A DNA stretch of 64,000 bases from Bugula neritina (Eukaryota > Animalia > Bryozoa), in NCBI GenBank assembly GCA_964035545.1, contig OZ037770.1:15304642-15368641 (forward strand), read 5' to 3'. Positions 30,706 through 45,090 of this stretch are shown here, one piece after another. A program made the translations under genes and the position numbers. Within the stretch, counting starts at the first letter, position 1; each line of letters opens with the position of its first letter. Below the pieces are notes generated by a model. That model was given only the letters and a program-made list of their open reading frames with translations. It was not told the DNA's origin and ran no database searches.

Positions 30706-33639
30706 ATAGGGGGGGGGGGGGGGAGTTACCCATTTCCCCTTAATTAGTGTCATAAGTTTGAGAACAAGTATTTTTTAATCACAGTAGTTGTAGCCAGCTA
30801 GCTATATTGGCACCACAACAAAGTTAGCCCAACAGACGAGATGAAGGTAATGCAATCAAGCACATCACTCACTCCTGATTATTATATACAAGATAATCTA
30901 AAAGGAAAATTTTTGAAATTCTTGCCAAGTTTATTTGTAATATATTTTGCAGGCTAAAGCAATTTTAATTACAAAATGAATTGATATAGAATAACATCAC
31001 ATTCCTTTAGAGTTTAGAACAATGGGTCATCTTGTAGATACTCCAACTTTGTAACTATAGGCACTGACTCCGTGGTGGGTTTGGGGAGATATACAGGTCA
31101 ACTTAACTAACAAACTGAGATTTGATTGAATTATTGTGCTGCCTATCAATTTCTGCTGTCAAATAACTGGTTATAATGTGAATTGCAGGCAGGTAAAAGA
31201 CACCATGATGATAATGCTAAGTTTGAGTAAAATGATGAAAAAGCAATAATTTGTGTGGAAAAGTTAGGAAGATTTTTTGGTTGATAAGTGAAAAGTGCTA
31301 ATTGGACAACTTGGCTTTACTTCTCCATTAATTTTATTATTTTAGTTGATTTTTAAAGTTATATCAACTAAAGAATCATGGTACATGCAAGAGAAAAGCA
31401 ACTGCTATGTCTCATTTCAAGAGCAGACTGGAATTGGAAATATGTTAGCACCAGAGTTTATTGCCTCTAAGTGAACATGTAGTGGAGTATGAGAGGGTTT
31501 TATCACTTAAGTGACTAGTTACTATACTCACTCCAGTGATAAGACACGGTCAGTTACTATAGCCCTTGAGTTGCGATACTTTATCTTGTCAACAGTGTGT
31601 CAGTCTTATCTCTAGTTCATTGCTAACTCCTAATCAGATTGTAACCCGATGTCTATAGCAGCTCAAGACTGGTTTTGTAAAGGCAGCAACTTTAATCAGT
31701 CATTCAGAAATTGCAGTTAAAACTTAGAGGTAAGAAGTGTGTTACAATTGCTGCAAGGATTGTCAATGTATATAGAAACTGACAGCAAATAAAGTCTTGA
31801 TTAGTAAGCCTCCTCTTATGGAATATGATATCAGGGGCCTATAAACATATATTTTAGTTTTCTTGCAAATCAACAGCTTTGAAAAATAATTTTAAAAAAT
31901 CATTACTTTTTATCCGCCTATTGTTTTGTGATTGAGAAAATTAGGGTTTGGACCCTTGCCATGCATATGTGGTTGAATAAGGATGTCCATTATTCACTAT
32001 TCTACCAGATCTAGACTCAAGAGAAGAAGCTGGTGAACAGATTATGACCTCACTTCACTATCCAGGGTGCCAAGAAATCAATACTGGATGGGGGGAGGGT
32101 TTAAACCCTACAAGCTGGCTATTCTCACAACAGCCTCTCCAACAATTTAATTTGACAGGACATATGGTGCACACTTGAGTTCAGCCATCAATTTGAAAAG
32201 ATCTAATCATTAGAATGTCAAGCTAAAGGAAAGTACATGCCAACACAACTCAGTTCCTCACATATTTATTCGTTGTGATATTGACAAGTGAGAGACTCGG
32301 CTAATTAACAATGTGCTAGGGAAGGGGGGAGTCCCCCTTGTTCAAATAGACCTAGCTCAGTTTTGCATGTATATAGGTTTATTAAAAATTGCTGAAATAT
32401 ACAAAAGTATTTAAAATTAGATCAACTGATTTTTCTCTAAAAATTTCATCTCTCTTTTGCAAACCAGCATATAGCCTTTGTGGCCGGAATGCTTGAGAAG
32501 TTAACATTTTGTCACAATAGGAGTTGCCTATCCTGTATGTATGCATAATTATATTGTATTGTAGAGCTGTAAGTGTGATGTTACATAACTGCCCTGTGGG
32601 AGTGTCATTTGGCTAATAACTAGACTTTATTGGCTTTTGGCAGGAGTTCAAATCCCAGCACTAATTTGATTAACCAGCTCTTAGCACCTCCCCCACCTAA
32701 CAGCTCAGCCCCCCCCCACATCAGCTCAGCTCCCCTCCACTTATCAGATCTGTAAGGACACTTGAAGGCTCTGTATTGAATTGTAGTGCAAACGGCAGGC
32801 TATTGCTGCAAACCAAAATACCAAACCTCAGTTTTAAAATTTTGCTTCTTGGTGGAGCAAAGTTACCATGCAACTTTTTATACGATTGTTAAAATGATAA
32901 ACCAAGTATAACTTTGCACATGCACTTGAAAGATTCTCAAGTCATATACTTGGTGTTCATTTAGTCTTACTAAACAGTTTCTATTAGAAATAAATAAAAT
33001 AATTTAACTGAAATGCCATGACTTTTGGTTAAACTTTGTACATAAATGCTTTTGTTGGTTCAAGCCTTTCTTTTAAAGGTATTTTGTAACATTGTCCACC
33101 ATGTTTTCCATAACTTTCTATAAATAACTCAGAGTCTAATCTAGAAATCATTTAATGGGAAATATTTTTCTTCCTATTTTCATTCATTATTACCTTATAC
33201 TAAAGGAAAACTTGTTTCCCCTAGAAGCAAAACCACTATTGCACATTTCCTTTTTGGATAACATTCTCAAAACAATGTGAGTTGAATAATTGTTTTGTAA
33301 TTGCTAATCTGACAGTCTCCGATAGATGGAATCTTGTTGATGCAGAAATTTCCTTATTGACTATTTATGTGACACCAGGTGTTGGTTGAGGGAGACTTTC
33401 AAGTATACAGAGCAGGGGAAAACTTACATAGGAGACAGTACACTACTTTAGGTGGTGGTTAGCTATAGTCACAGAGCACAACACTGCTCTGATCTCAAGT
33501 ACAAAAGCACTCAGTTTACCAACTCTTTCAAAACATATCTACATTAAATTGTTATAACTGGACTGCTCAATCACTTAACTATGGCATGTTTTGAGATTGC
33601 TGTGGTTTCTGCTGCAGCTTTAATTAGTGTTTGTAGTCA

Positions 33640-34072
33640 GTGACAACTGCTAGTAACCTAGTAACTGCTAGTGACCTAGTAACTGCTAGTGACCTAGTAA
33701 CTGTTACTGATATAGTAACTGCTAGTGACCTAGTAACTGCTAGTGACCTAGTAACTGTTACTGATATAGTAACTGCTAGTGACCTAGTAACTGTTACTGA
33801 TATAGTAACTGCTAGTGACCTAGTAACTGCTAGTGACCTAGCAACTGTTACTGATATAGTAACTGCTAGTGACATAGTAACTGCTTCTGACATAGTAACT
33901 GTTAGTCAGTCACTGTTAGCGACTGAACAACTAGTAGTGACATAGTAACTACTAGTGACATAGTAACTACTAGTGGCCTGGTAACTACTAGTGACATAGT
34001 AACTGCTAGTGACCTAGTAACTACTAGTTATTGACTGTTAGTGATTGAACAACTAGTAGTAACTGCTAGTGA
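33640..34072. repeat. 18-bp minisatellite (GTAACTGCTAGTGACCTA)
   Basis: Direct inspection; explains the VTASDL ORFs. Confidence 0.95.
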
Positions 34073-35079
34073 AAAAGTAACACAATAAAGGCCTGCACAC
34101 CTATTATTGCATTGTCAAACTGATTGCGTAACAGTTCAAAAGTAACTTTGCTATTCATCAAACTTGTTTACTGGTTATAGCTTTGGTACCTTTACAAGTG
34201 AAACTTTCACTAGGCCAAATACAGCATAAGGTGAGGGGGTTTTGCAAATTGAAGGCTACACCTCATGCAGTAACAAAACCTTCATGCATTAACACCTGTA
34301 TGTTTTTCAAACATCAAGCAAGCTGGGAAAACAAGCTGACAAACAAGCAGCCCTGCATCAAAATAGTACATACATACCCTCACTCTCTCCATGACTTCCA
34401 CTTGCTACTGTGTAAACACAAACAATTGTTGATTTGCTTGACATGAAAGTTTTACCCCAAGTCAAAGTCTGGTCAAGTAAAGAAATATTGCTAGCAAAAA
34501 GTTCTACGCCTGATCTGAGTTACCAAGTTTTTGTCTCATTTAGCAAACAGAGAACTTGGTCTGTTAAGATTTAAACTCAGTTATTCCAGTGCACCATCAT
34601 AATTTATAAAACAGTTTCACTACATGAATAAAACCCATCATGTTTTAAAGATATCACAGGCCCAAGTTAACAGAGAATAAAGTTTCTATAGACCAAGCAA
34701 AAATACAACTTAGAATAAATTAGACTACATATTCTACAGATAGCATGCAGGTTAATCTATACTCTTGCGACGTCCTTAAGAGGGGGGGGGGTAGAGGTAA
34801 GCACTGAGGGTAATATTTGGTCTAAGTTTTTGTTTCTCATAATTCAAGAGTTAGCCAGTTATCTTTAAACACTTGCATATTTTTATTTACTGCAATAGAA
34901 GCTGACTGCGGCTGGCAGCGATATTATTGTAATCAAATTAGTGGCCTGTGTGAAGCCTAATTGTAAACAGTGTATAATAAAACAGTGCTAAACACTCACA
35001 GAATATAATATAAGCTAAGAGTAATTATTGTTGAGAGAAAACTAATAAGTGTGCACGTGGCCAAGTGCTGCGGTTAACC

Positions 35080-35329
35080 CCTCATTCACACTTACCGTAC
35101 GTAAGTCGTAATGTAAAACATCAGCCATTTTTTATTGTGTCCGGGCTGACGTTTTCAAAGTCCGCTATTAGGTATGATCTATGACAATTCATTGGACAAT
35201 TATATCCCATGAGTTAACGCAAAAGTTTTTGAATCAAGCAGTGTATGATCCTACCTCACCTCAATGCACCGTACAGGAAGCTCAGACATTTGTAAAACTG
35301 GCTGATATTTGCTGTAAGTGTAAATGAGG
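35080..35329. mobile_element. MITE (Harbinger-like ends)
   Basis: CCTCATTCACACTTAC versus reverse complement CCTCATTTACACTTAC, plus sub-terminal ATCAGCCA/TGGCTGAT. Confidence 0.65.
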
Positions 35330-35428
35330 AGGTAAGTCTAATAAAGTTACTGTGTCATCCATATATAGCCCATGTACTTGCAGAGTACAACACAACTACA
35401 CTGCTTCTCTACAGTATGCTTGCCCTCT

Positions 35429-35518
35429 GCTCACGCAAGTTTATAGTCACTATCCCTGTGAGAAACCCCTGATAGAAAGGGTTTTTGTTAAAGCGGGCTA
35501 AGGACTTATTTAAATGAG
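35429..35518 (-). mobile_element. 3' fragment of the same SINE family as 9227-9448
   Basis: Reverse complement matches ...AACAAAAACCCTTTCTATCAGGGGTTTCTCACAGGGATAG...ATAAACTTGCGTGAGC. Confidence 0.85.
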
Positions 35519-38500
35519 GCACTGTGCTGTGCTGTCTTTATTACCGTAGTTGCAGTTTAATTCTTTTCAAAAAATTTCCGCTTTTGTAAAGGTGTCATAT
35601 AACTCTAAGTGCATCTACAAACTTGGTAAAGTAACTATAGTGTTTCTATAAATATTCAACAACTGCTTTGTTTATGACAATTCAAACAAGTATTTACAGG
35701 TAGTTTGCTTTCTCATCTCCATGTTTGTACAAGTTGAATAGTTTGCCTATAGAACTGTCCCAACTTTGCAGTAGATAAAAGATAAATATTCTACTCCTAG
35801 TACAATTGATCACAAAAGAAGGGTAATGAGCAACTACCAGCAATCTACTTCTTACTGTGTTTGTAATGATTTGCATATTTGATTTATAACCACACATTTC
35901 TGGATACCAGCTTCATCGAAGTAATTCATGAAAGAAAAGTAACTGGCACTGGACGTGTGCAGAGTTGCAGTTTTTCGAATCATTTTGCCAAAATAAGAGC
36001 TATAAATTTAAGCTAGACTAATATTTACAGTATATCTAGAAAACTGGTGGTATGAATGTCTTAATAAAGGTTAACTGAGTGCTTAACCTACACAGCATAG
36101 TGTTGCAAGTCAAGCAAGCCAATGCAATGTAGCTAGAGTTGAAGATAACACAAAAAACCTAGTTAGTGATGGTTTGAGAAAATATTTGCATTCTGTTTTT
36201 ATCCCAATTAGAACTTTAATATCAATTCTCGGTTGAAAACAGGTTCATGCAATTATTAGGACAGTTTTAAGATTGTACATACGTGTGTTTGACAATAAAA
36301 CAGCTGAAAAACAAGAAGATAGAAGTAAGATTTAGAAAGCTCTAAGTCAGTGATGTGGTGGTAAGAAACCAAATGGTTATGTGTTAGTCTGTACCTACCA
36401 TACTAAGTGACTGGCTATTTTCTTAACAATCCATTTCAGAATGAATTATTTATACTATTTATTGTTATCTATATATGAGAAATCTAAGTCTAAGTGAAAC
36501 AAACCTCTCCCAGTGAACTAGTACATTTGATCATGAACTATCACTCTCTAGCTTACCTTGAGACTTGAGTTGTATTGAAGTAACACTATCTCCTTTGATC
36601 AGAAGTATAGAAACTGGATACAATTAGATAAAGGATTTCTACCTCAAGTAATATGCGACAGAAATACTCTTCTAGTTTTCCACAGTACAACCACAAGCTC
36701 GGGTTTGATTAGCTATGCACTGCTCGTGGAACCTCCAAATGTTTGTAGCTCAGTGCTAAGTGATGCTTATATTCCTATCATCAGGAGCTTATCAGCCAGT
36801 AATGTTTCTATTATCAATCAAACAGTTACTAAGGCTAATAAGTAGCCTTTGCTCTGAGGCTATTGGCTGTTTGTATGAGCTGTTGCTATTGGCTGTTTGT
36901 ATGAGCTAATTGCTAGGTAGCTCTCAGCCCTGAAGATGCTAATAACAAATCCATTTGGCACCTAATAGCAAAACAGTTTACAGATATTATAAGTATTTTT
37001 TTATTGTCTGTAGTTTTTGGCAGAGATCACATTAATTGTTTTTAATTTTAAGATGCCATTTCAGCCAGGAAATGACCAGCAACATTTGTTTCACTAAGAC
37101 CTAAGTGATGCCCTGCTGACAGCTGCTATGTTATGCAAGGAGTTTGACAGCTGACGCTACACATCCTTCAACAACTAGAAGTACTGATTATCTCTGCAAG
37201 ACAAAACTTTATTGTCCCATACTTTATAGTTTAGACTTTAGACAGATATTTGACACTTGTTACTGTAAACTCTGAAACCAAGTGCTATAACTGATTGATA
37301 AATAGCCTGAAAATCTATAACGTAGCCCATGCTAACTTGAAGTGATGTATGAACCCCCTCCCCATCTGTTGCACACATTTTCTATAGAAAAGACCACTGT
37401 TGAAATTGTAGGTTCATCTTTGGAACTTTAAATTAGAGCTGCTTTTCTCAAAATCCACCTCTTTTATGAACTGAGTATTTTAGTTCTTTAGAAACTATAG
37501 CTGTAGCACGAGAAATGTTAATAGACTACGGTTTACCAGCTATATACTTTGATGCAAAAGATGCAATAGTTTGGCAGTGTGGATTACTGATGTATTGTAT
37601 AAACAAATAGAACTCAACTAATACTGTCTAACCACTTTAAGTAATACCTGTTAGCACTCTTTCAACACTTGGAGCAAAGAAAGATCATCTTTAGACTCAT
37701 TCAACAACCTACTTGGGGTGATGGGTGAGAGAATTCATCATTAGAAGGAGTATTACCCAGTGCATAATAGCATTCCATAACACATTTTCACTAATTAATA
37801 GCAGAAAATTTGCTACTTATTATTGTATTATGAAGTTAGAAGAGAAGAAAACCTGAATCTTGCACACGTTTCTCTGATTATACATCAGTATTTAGCCTCG
37901 AGTGACATCATCAATAAATCTAGCCTATTGTATATTATAGATGTATTCTATATACAGCTGATGTACAATCTACATTCTATACTGCATATAGCATATCTGT
38001 AATCCAAATTCTACAATATATAATCTATTTAATGATCCATATTCTATACAGTGAATATATAATTTATATATTCTACACGATAAATATAATATAATTCATA
38101 TTTTATACAGTGAATATATTATATTATTATATATTCTATACAGTGCAGCTGTGTAATCTATACAGAAAAATACATTCCTTTTATTCGGAATCGACCTCAT
38201 TATCAGACTACACATGGCTTTATTTTACAATATAACATGTTATACTCTTCATTTATTGGTTAATTTTTCAAACTCTGTGATATATATTTTAAGTTGAATT
38301 TGTAACATATTATGAAAACATATATGTCATCTGTAAATATATACTATAAATTATTAATAAATATATTATTATAAGTGCGTTAAATTGCAGCTTTAAACCA
38401 ACTTCTTTCTGAATATTATTTTGATCTTATAGATAAACTTAGCATTCTGAATGTACGTCATGTTATGTATATTATTCGTAATTTGAAACTTTTCTCTTTG

Positions 38501-40553
38501 CAGAGCATATATTTACTTTCCCTGTAGAAGATAGAGCGCTGATCCACCCTGTAACACAGCAAGCATGCCTCCCTCTAGAAACTTCCTTATTGCCTGGCTG
38601 CTGGGGAGTATTGAACAGTTTTTGTAGTCTACTTTATGTATTTTTATTATGATCAATTTCTTTTTTATATGACGCAATATGTCTGTTTGAAGTTTTGCAA
38701 CTAGTGAATAAATGCATATGTTGTTACCAGCTAAAGAATGACTTCATGCTATTTAATCTTTGTGCAGTGCAAAGTAGGATGGTAAATAATGCATTGTCAT
38801 GCATTGCAAAAGTAAGAATTAGTTATATATATGTTTTTTATTGATATAATTTTAGTTATATAGTTTCCCTAATTATATATCTCTTAGTTTCTCTGGCTCT
38901 TTATAATTCCTTAGTTTTTTTTAACTATATCCTTTAGTTCCCCTAGCTATTCATAATTCCTTAGTTTTCCTAACTCCCCCTTATAGTTTCCTTCATTATA
39001 TCTTAAGTTTCCCTAACTAGTTATATTCTTAGTTTATGTTAGAAGAGATTTGGCTTGTTTAAGATTAAAGATCAATAATATATTATTTGCAAAGCATTGA
39101 TTTAAGATCTATTGATTTTGTATTGGGTACTTACAGCTAAGCTGAATTGTAAGTAAACTTTAACAGCTCCGTTAGAGAAATGAAATTAATATTGTTTTTA
39201 TCAAATTTCTGGCAGTTTGATAGACAAGTGCAAGTTTTGTTAGCATAACTTGAATTGCTTAAAACAACCTAAGCAAGTGTTTCATTTATTAGAATATAAT
39301 ATCAGTTTACAATTCAATCATCTCCAAGCAGCTACGCCCTGGCAGAAGCTAGCTGGAGGCCAAAAACCAGATATCTAAATATCAAGAAATTATATTCTGT
39401 TAAAATGAATTGACTTTCATAGTTACATGGTTGTGATAACAAGAATTCTGACACTGAATGCATGTGCCCTCTGGCTGTCATGGCATGTGACACAAGCTGC
39501 CGTTATGAATGGAAGTAATTTAGGTTGACATGGTCCAGATGGCAGGCTTGTGTAAACATTCAAACTGATAAGAACGGCCAAATCATGTGTCAATTTACTT
39601 TAGTCCAGGCAGATAATAATAATAATAATATGCTTATATTAGGACAGTGTGGTTTTAGCTTTTTGATACTATGTTAGAGTTGTCTTTCCCCAACAAGTCA
39701 TGTAGCTGGTTTTATTGTTACGAGTTTTACAGATATATAGCTTCAACAGCATTTACTTTTAGTCTAAACTTGGCGATATTTTAATATGCAAACAATATAT
39801 CCTCTCATTTCATTTCTTGAGTAAAATATGTATGCATGCTACAAGCTAGATGACTATTGCAAGAGCATGAAGTTTAAGCTATATGAGAATAGGTCATGTG
39901 TTTGCCAAGTTTCTTGCAATATGCAGGGCACACGACTCCTAGATGCATTTTAGCTTTTGGCTTTCAGATTTTTAAATACCACTTGATAGAATTAATAGTT
40001 TCTTCTATATAATATGTTATGATATGCCCCGTTTTGTGCTAGTGAGAAGACAACCCATAAAATATATCTTGTAGACAGATGAGCTAATTATGTAACAGGA
40101 TGCAACTATAGACCATAGACTAGCAGGAGAAGATAACTTTTACTCTAAGACTGTGCTATCAATATATGAATATCATGTAACATAAGGATGAACAATAACC
40201 AGTTATATAAGAATACATGACTCTACTATTTATTTACAAATTGATAAAACATCACAATAGCTAACATAAGTTATTAACATAACAATATTATGTTAATTAT
40301 TAATCGCATTATACTGCTAAGCAAGATTTTTAAATTTTCATCGCAAAAACAGGTTAAATTTCAAGCCAATATTATAATGAAAGGCTTTTAAGAAATTATC
40401 ACTAAGTTAGGCCAGCTGGAGGTTGAAAATGTTTACTATAAGATATATGATTTTATATACTTATATATAATATGTTATAATATAGGTATATGTTATATAT
40501 ATGTTATATATGCCATCATGCATATAATATTACATAGTTACATACAAACACTA

Positions 40554-43317
40554 CTATGGTCTAGTGACTTGGAGGGAGAGTTTACCAAAAGAGTCCCGTA
40601 AGAGGATTTCTGGACAGTAGTCCCGGATTTTGACATTCACTAGTTGAGGTTGATGACTGAATTCTTGTAAACCACTAGGAGGAGAGTATGTCACTCTGTT
40701 GTCTTCACTCAGCACAAACTGTGTACCTGAAAAGTGTCAACAGGGTATCAGCATGCAATACAATACAGTCAGCAAGGTATCAAAACTATCATACAGTCAA
40801 CAAGGTATCAGCAATAAAATACAGTTAGCAAGGTATCAAAAAGAGTTCTTAAAACCCTCAATTTTTTTTTGGCAAAAACAGGAGAAGTATGGAGGTTAGT
40901 TGCAGTAGCTGATTCTTCGAGTCAATATGAAAGTGAAAGTTGTTGTCAGAAAAGAAGAGAAAGAAAGGGCTGGGAAAGAAAAGCCGGAGGGAAAAGGTGG
41001 AGAGAAAGGGGGGCAACTTTGACCTGGGTGTTTGCTTGAGCTACACCAAATCAGATTCTCTTAATCTAAAAGTAGAAATACAAATTATATTTCCTTTTCT
41101 CACCGGCTAAGCTAAGTCGCAGCTGGACATCGGTCAGAGCAGAGCAGTCGGTGCTAAATGCGGCGTGGCCAACGTGGAGCCTTGAAGAGTCGCCACTGGG
41201 TGACTCAGCAAACTGTGTACTGTCATAGGTCACCGTCAGCGAGTCAGCATCAAATTCAAACTTTGAGTAGCTGTTTGAAATAACAATTACTCAAGCAAAA
41301 TAAGCCGCAGTTGGTTATTTTTCCTTTAGAAAAAAAAATGTATAAGTGATGCAATGTTTGTTTCTATTGGAATGTATAGTTTTTGCTTAAATTTAAGCAA
41401 AGGTACATTCCAATTCATTTCTGTTTTTTTGTCATTGATTAAAATTTAGATGATAAAATTGATATGATCTAACTTAGACTCTAACTTCACAGTTTGATAT
41501 TGGTCCTTACGTTGTGTACATCACTGGTGAAATGCCAAAGTTTGAATAATCGCTGGTTGGCAGGTTGATGTAGGAGCTGATGCTGCCTGAGTCTGAGACG
41601 TAGCAGTAAACGCTGCCGGCCAGCACTGGGATGCCTTTAAGGTTGAGACTGTAGTTGGTGCTTGTGAAGTCTGGTTTTTCATTGAGGGTTGGACAATCAT
41701 CTATTCAGAGAGATCAGTTAGAGTTAAAGTCAGTTGAGAGAATGACGTTCATATAATAACTTCAAAAATTATATGTCAACTAACCTTTTCACAAACTACA
41801 CAATATTGCAATATTCATAACCTTTCTATAAATGATTGAAAATTTATTAAAAATTTTGCAAAATTAGCTGCTCAATTTTATAAGCATTCTCAGCTTTTTA
41901 TATTTAAATGCTGTTTGGAAAAATAGAATCATATTTTAGATTTTATATCTATTACCCTGTATAATATTATATTACATTAGGCATCTATTTATAAATTTTA
42001 AAGTGTTTCTCTCACGCAGTCCCCCACCTGTTTTCTCTATTGAATAAATAAATAGGTTTCTTACCTGGTAGCCAGAGCTCCCATTCAGAAGAATCACCAT
42101 GAACCTCTATTGGAAATCCCACAAGCACTATCTCGCATTGCCGGAGAGCTCTGTGGTAGTTAAACCCGTTACACGCAAAGTCCCCATAGCACTGCTATAA
42201 TAGAAGATTGATACCAAAATTATCTCTAATATTTCCAATAGACAATAGAGCTGTAGCTATAGGAATTGCAGCCTATATAAATTAGGTACTTATAATAGCT
42301 ATAAAACTCAAGCATTATATAAAACATTATTTTACATAGGCTATACAATTATTGCATATAATTAAGTTTAATAACTGCACTACATGTAGTGCAGTTATTA
42401 AACCTAATTATATGCAATAAGTATAGCAATCATTTAAATTATTGCTATAGTATAGCTGGAAAACAGTACTGCATGGTATAAAAATTAAAGTTATAAAAAA
42501 TAGCAAGCATAAATTATGTTTTTTTTTAAATTTTCATTGCTCCAAAGCCAATATATTAGACTGTAAATACCGTATATATAATTATTTAATTGTATATAAA
42601 GGGATTACAGTGTCAAAATATTTCCTATATATTTTCCAATTTATATTGCGCCTATTATAAGAAAAGAATATTATTATATATTTGCATCTATACTAACAGC
42701 TGCACATTGACTCAGAGTCACATCTGTGTATACAGGAAATTGGTTAGCTGTCTCTGTACTCCTCAGTCTATAGCCTGTAGACTTCACCCATTTTAATGAG
42801 TTAATCAGTGGGAAGGTAAAACACAACCCTAAAACTATATCAAAGTTTTTCCGTATACAACTGCATGATGTCCTTAAAATACATCATAAATAGCGTTTAA
42901 TAATAACTTAGCTATATAACTTGTTTGTTTCATGCAAATAACCTACACTCTATTGTCTACTTTTTTAATTTCTAGTTTCTTCTAGCATATATAATAATAA
43001 TATATATGATATAAGAAGATACTCTGGCTGAAAGCCACTCACTCGTACTAGTTGTCTAAAACTATGGAACTGCTTTATTTACTTAATCATATAATTATTT
43101 AATTATTAAATTCAAAATTACTTAAAATTATTTAAATTTTAAAATTACTTATATTTTTTTATCCTTTTATTTTAAGCTGCTATAATTATTGTGAGCTTTT
43201 TAAACAAAAAATAAGTTTATAAACACCACTTTTACAGCTCATGTAAAAATGTGCACAGATAATATAATATTTTTAGACTTCAGACTTACCTAAAATAGAT
43301 GTTAGTAGAACAGCCAT
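40554..43317 (-). CDS. Secreted PAN/apple + divergent GON-domain protein (272 aa); exons 43317-43290, 42828-42698, 42194-42065, 41700-41511, 41270-41104, 40726-40554
   Basis: 819-nt phase-consistent frame. Signal peptide MAVLLTSILGLCFTFPLINS. PAN: TGYRL...TLSQCAAQCYGDFACNGFNYHRALRQCEI...EWELW. GON-like: DCPTL...YSLNL...VYCY...SYINLP...YSKFEFDADSLTVTYDSTQFA...LSLAGTQFVL...KLSLQV. Confidence 0.8.
42349..42420. repeat. 72-bp near-perfect palindrome (intronic)
   Basis: TTATTGCATATAATTAAGTTTAATAACTGCACTACA|TGTAGTGCAGTTATTAAACCTAATTATATGCAATAA, one mismatch. Confidence 0.9.
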
Positions 43318-43853
43318 TTGCTTGCTTTTACCTGCAGTGTATCTATTCAGTGAGACATCTATCTGATTAAAGTCCACTTAAAAATGCATGACTATAAATC
43401 GAAAGATTGTATGCTTTTGTTAAAAAATAAGCCATTTCAAAAAGCAAATATTTGAACCATGCAATAAATAAATTGATCTGAACAAGGGATTATTTACAAC
43501 TAAATGTATAAACTAGAATTAATGTTAGCTAACTTAATCAATGTCGCGATACACAAGTGCACGTGGATATATCAATTTTGTTTATCGACAGCATTTAAGC
43601 ATTGATTATAAATTCAAATCTGGTTATTGACAAAATATTAACATCCTATACTCAAAATTAAAGCAAACTGAAAACTTATTGCAGAAAATAATACAAAGAT
43701 CAATTATGCAAATATAAGACTATATTATCATAATAATATGAGGCTATTATTAGCAGCATGATCAATCAACAGTTAAATTTACGCTGCCAGTTTGCTGCCT
43801 GTATGTATTGCCTGCAACATGTGAGTTTTCTGTATTCCATTATTCTCCCAATT

Positions 43854-43945
43854 CTTACACCAACATCACTTACACCAACATCACTTACACCAACATCACT
43901 TACACCAACATCACTTACACCAACATCACTTACACCAACATCACC
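43854..43945. repeat. 15-bp tandem repeat (CTTACACCAACATCA)
   Basis: Direct inspection. Confidence 0.95.
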
Positions 43946-45090
43946 CATATACTGCTCACAATCATGCAGTTAACTATAAACATTGCATGTACAGTCTTTT
44001 AGTTTACTGACATCTGTTCCACTGCTCATAGCTTGTATACAGAAAGACAGTTGTTTGAAGAACTATGTTTGTTAGGCTATGATTGTATTGATTTATTAAA
44101 ATGATAGAATACCACTTTCAGTAATACAACGATGTTTTTAATTAGCTCTCTAATATCAACAGTAGCAAAGTTTGAAAATGTATTACCTATATTTGCTGTT
44201 ACTATAGCAACAGGAAGTAGGAGCCGACAAAATGCAGTAAGTTGAAGAGTGATGACCCGTAATTTGCTTTTATATGAGCAAAAATAATATATTTGAATAA
44301 AATAATATCTTTTTTGCATTTCTTGCAATAAGCAATCATAATACTTGTTGAATCTTTTTGTAAATACCTATCTGTTTTATAAATATTATTATCTGTACTT
44401 GAATATTTTTAGTGGTTCATAATTATTATTATTATATATTGTAAATATTCTTAGCATATTGTAAGTAACATATATCCATTGTGGTTGCATTTCTTATTTT
44501 TATAGCATCAATACAAAATGTAAGAAATAAGAAATTATAATTTGCTGTATACTATATTTTATTTAAAAAAATAAGGCATTATATATCTAGTTAAAATATG
44601 ATGAATAAAAACTAATATTACATAATTCGTAAAACATATATAAAAAATATATAATTCAAAATATTGCAGTAAATTAGGCCTATATATATTTTACTAAAAT
44701 TTGGTAAGAAAATTCATTGAGTACTTTGCATGGTTTTACATAACGAATATTATCAGTGAAAATATAATTATATAACATATAATAATTGAAATAATATATA
44801 ATAAATAATAAGATGACTAGAAGTATATCTCACATTTCAGTTTGAAGAGATAAGATCAGCTTAATCTGAGTTGGTTAGAACTTGAAGTCCGCTTAGATTG
44901 ATTCACCTTTGACCTTTAGGCCTGCATGCTTAGTTTGATTCAATTTTGAGTTTTAACGTAATATAAGTTCAAGGTCAAGGCCAAAACGTTCCTAAACCAG
45001 TTTATTTTATTTCACGTACATGTATATTACAGTAAGGCAGCATAACTCCACGTTATGCATGGCCTCATATCTGTCTGTATAGACTGAGTT

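Noticed and set aside
33624-33945. VTASDL / VTRSLA repeat ORFs resembling antifreeze repeats
   Set aside because: 18-bp minisatellite with no convincing splice sites or start context.
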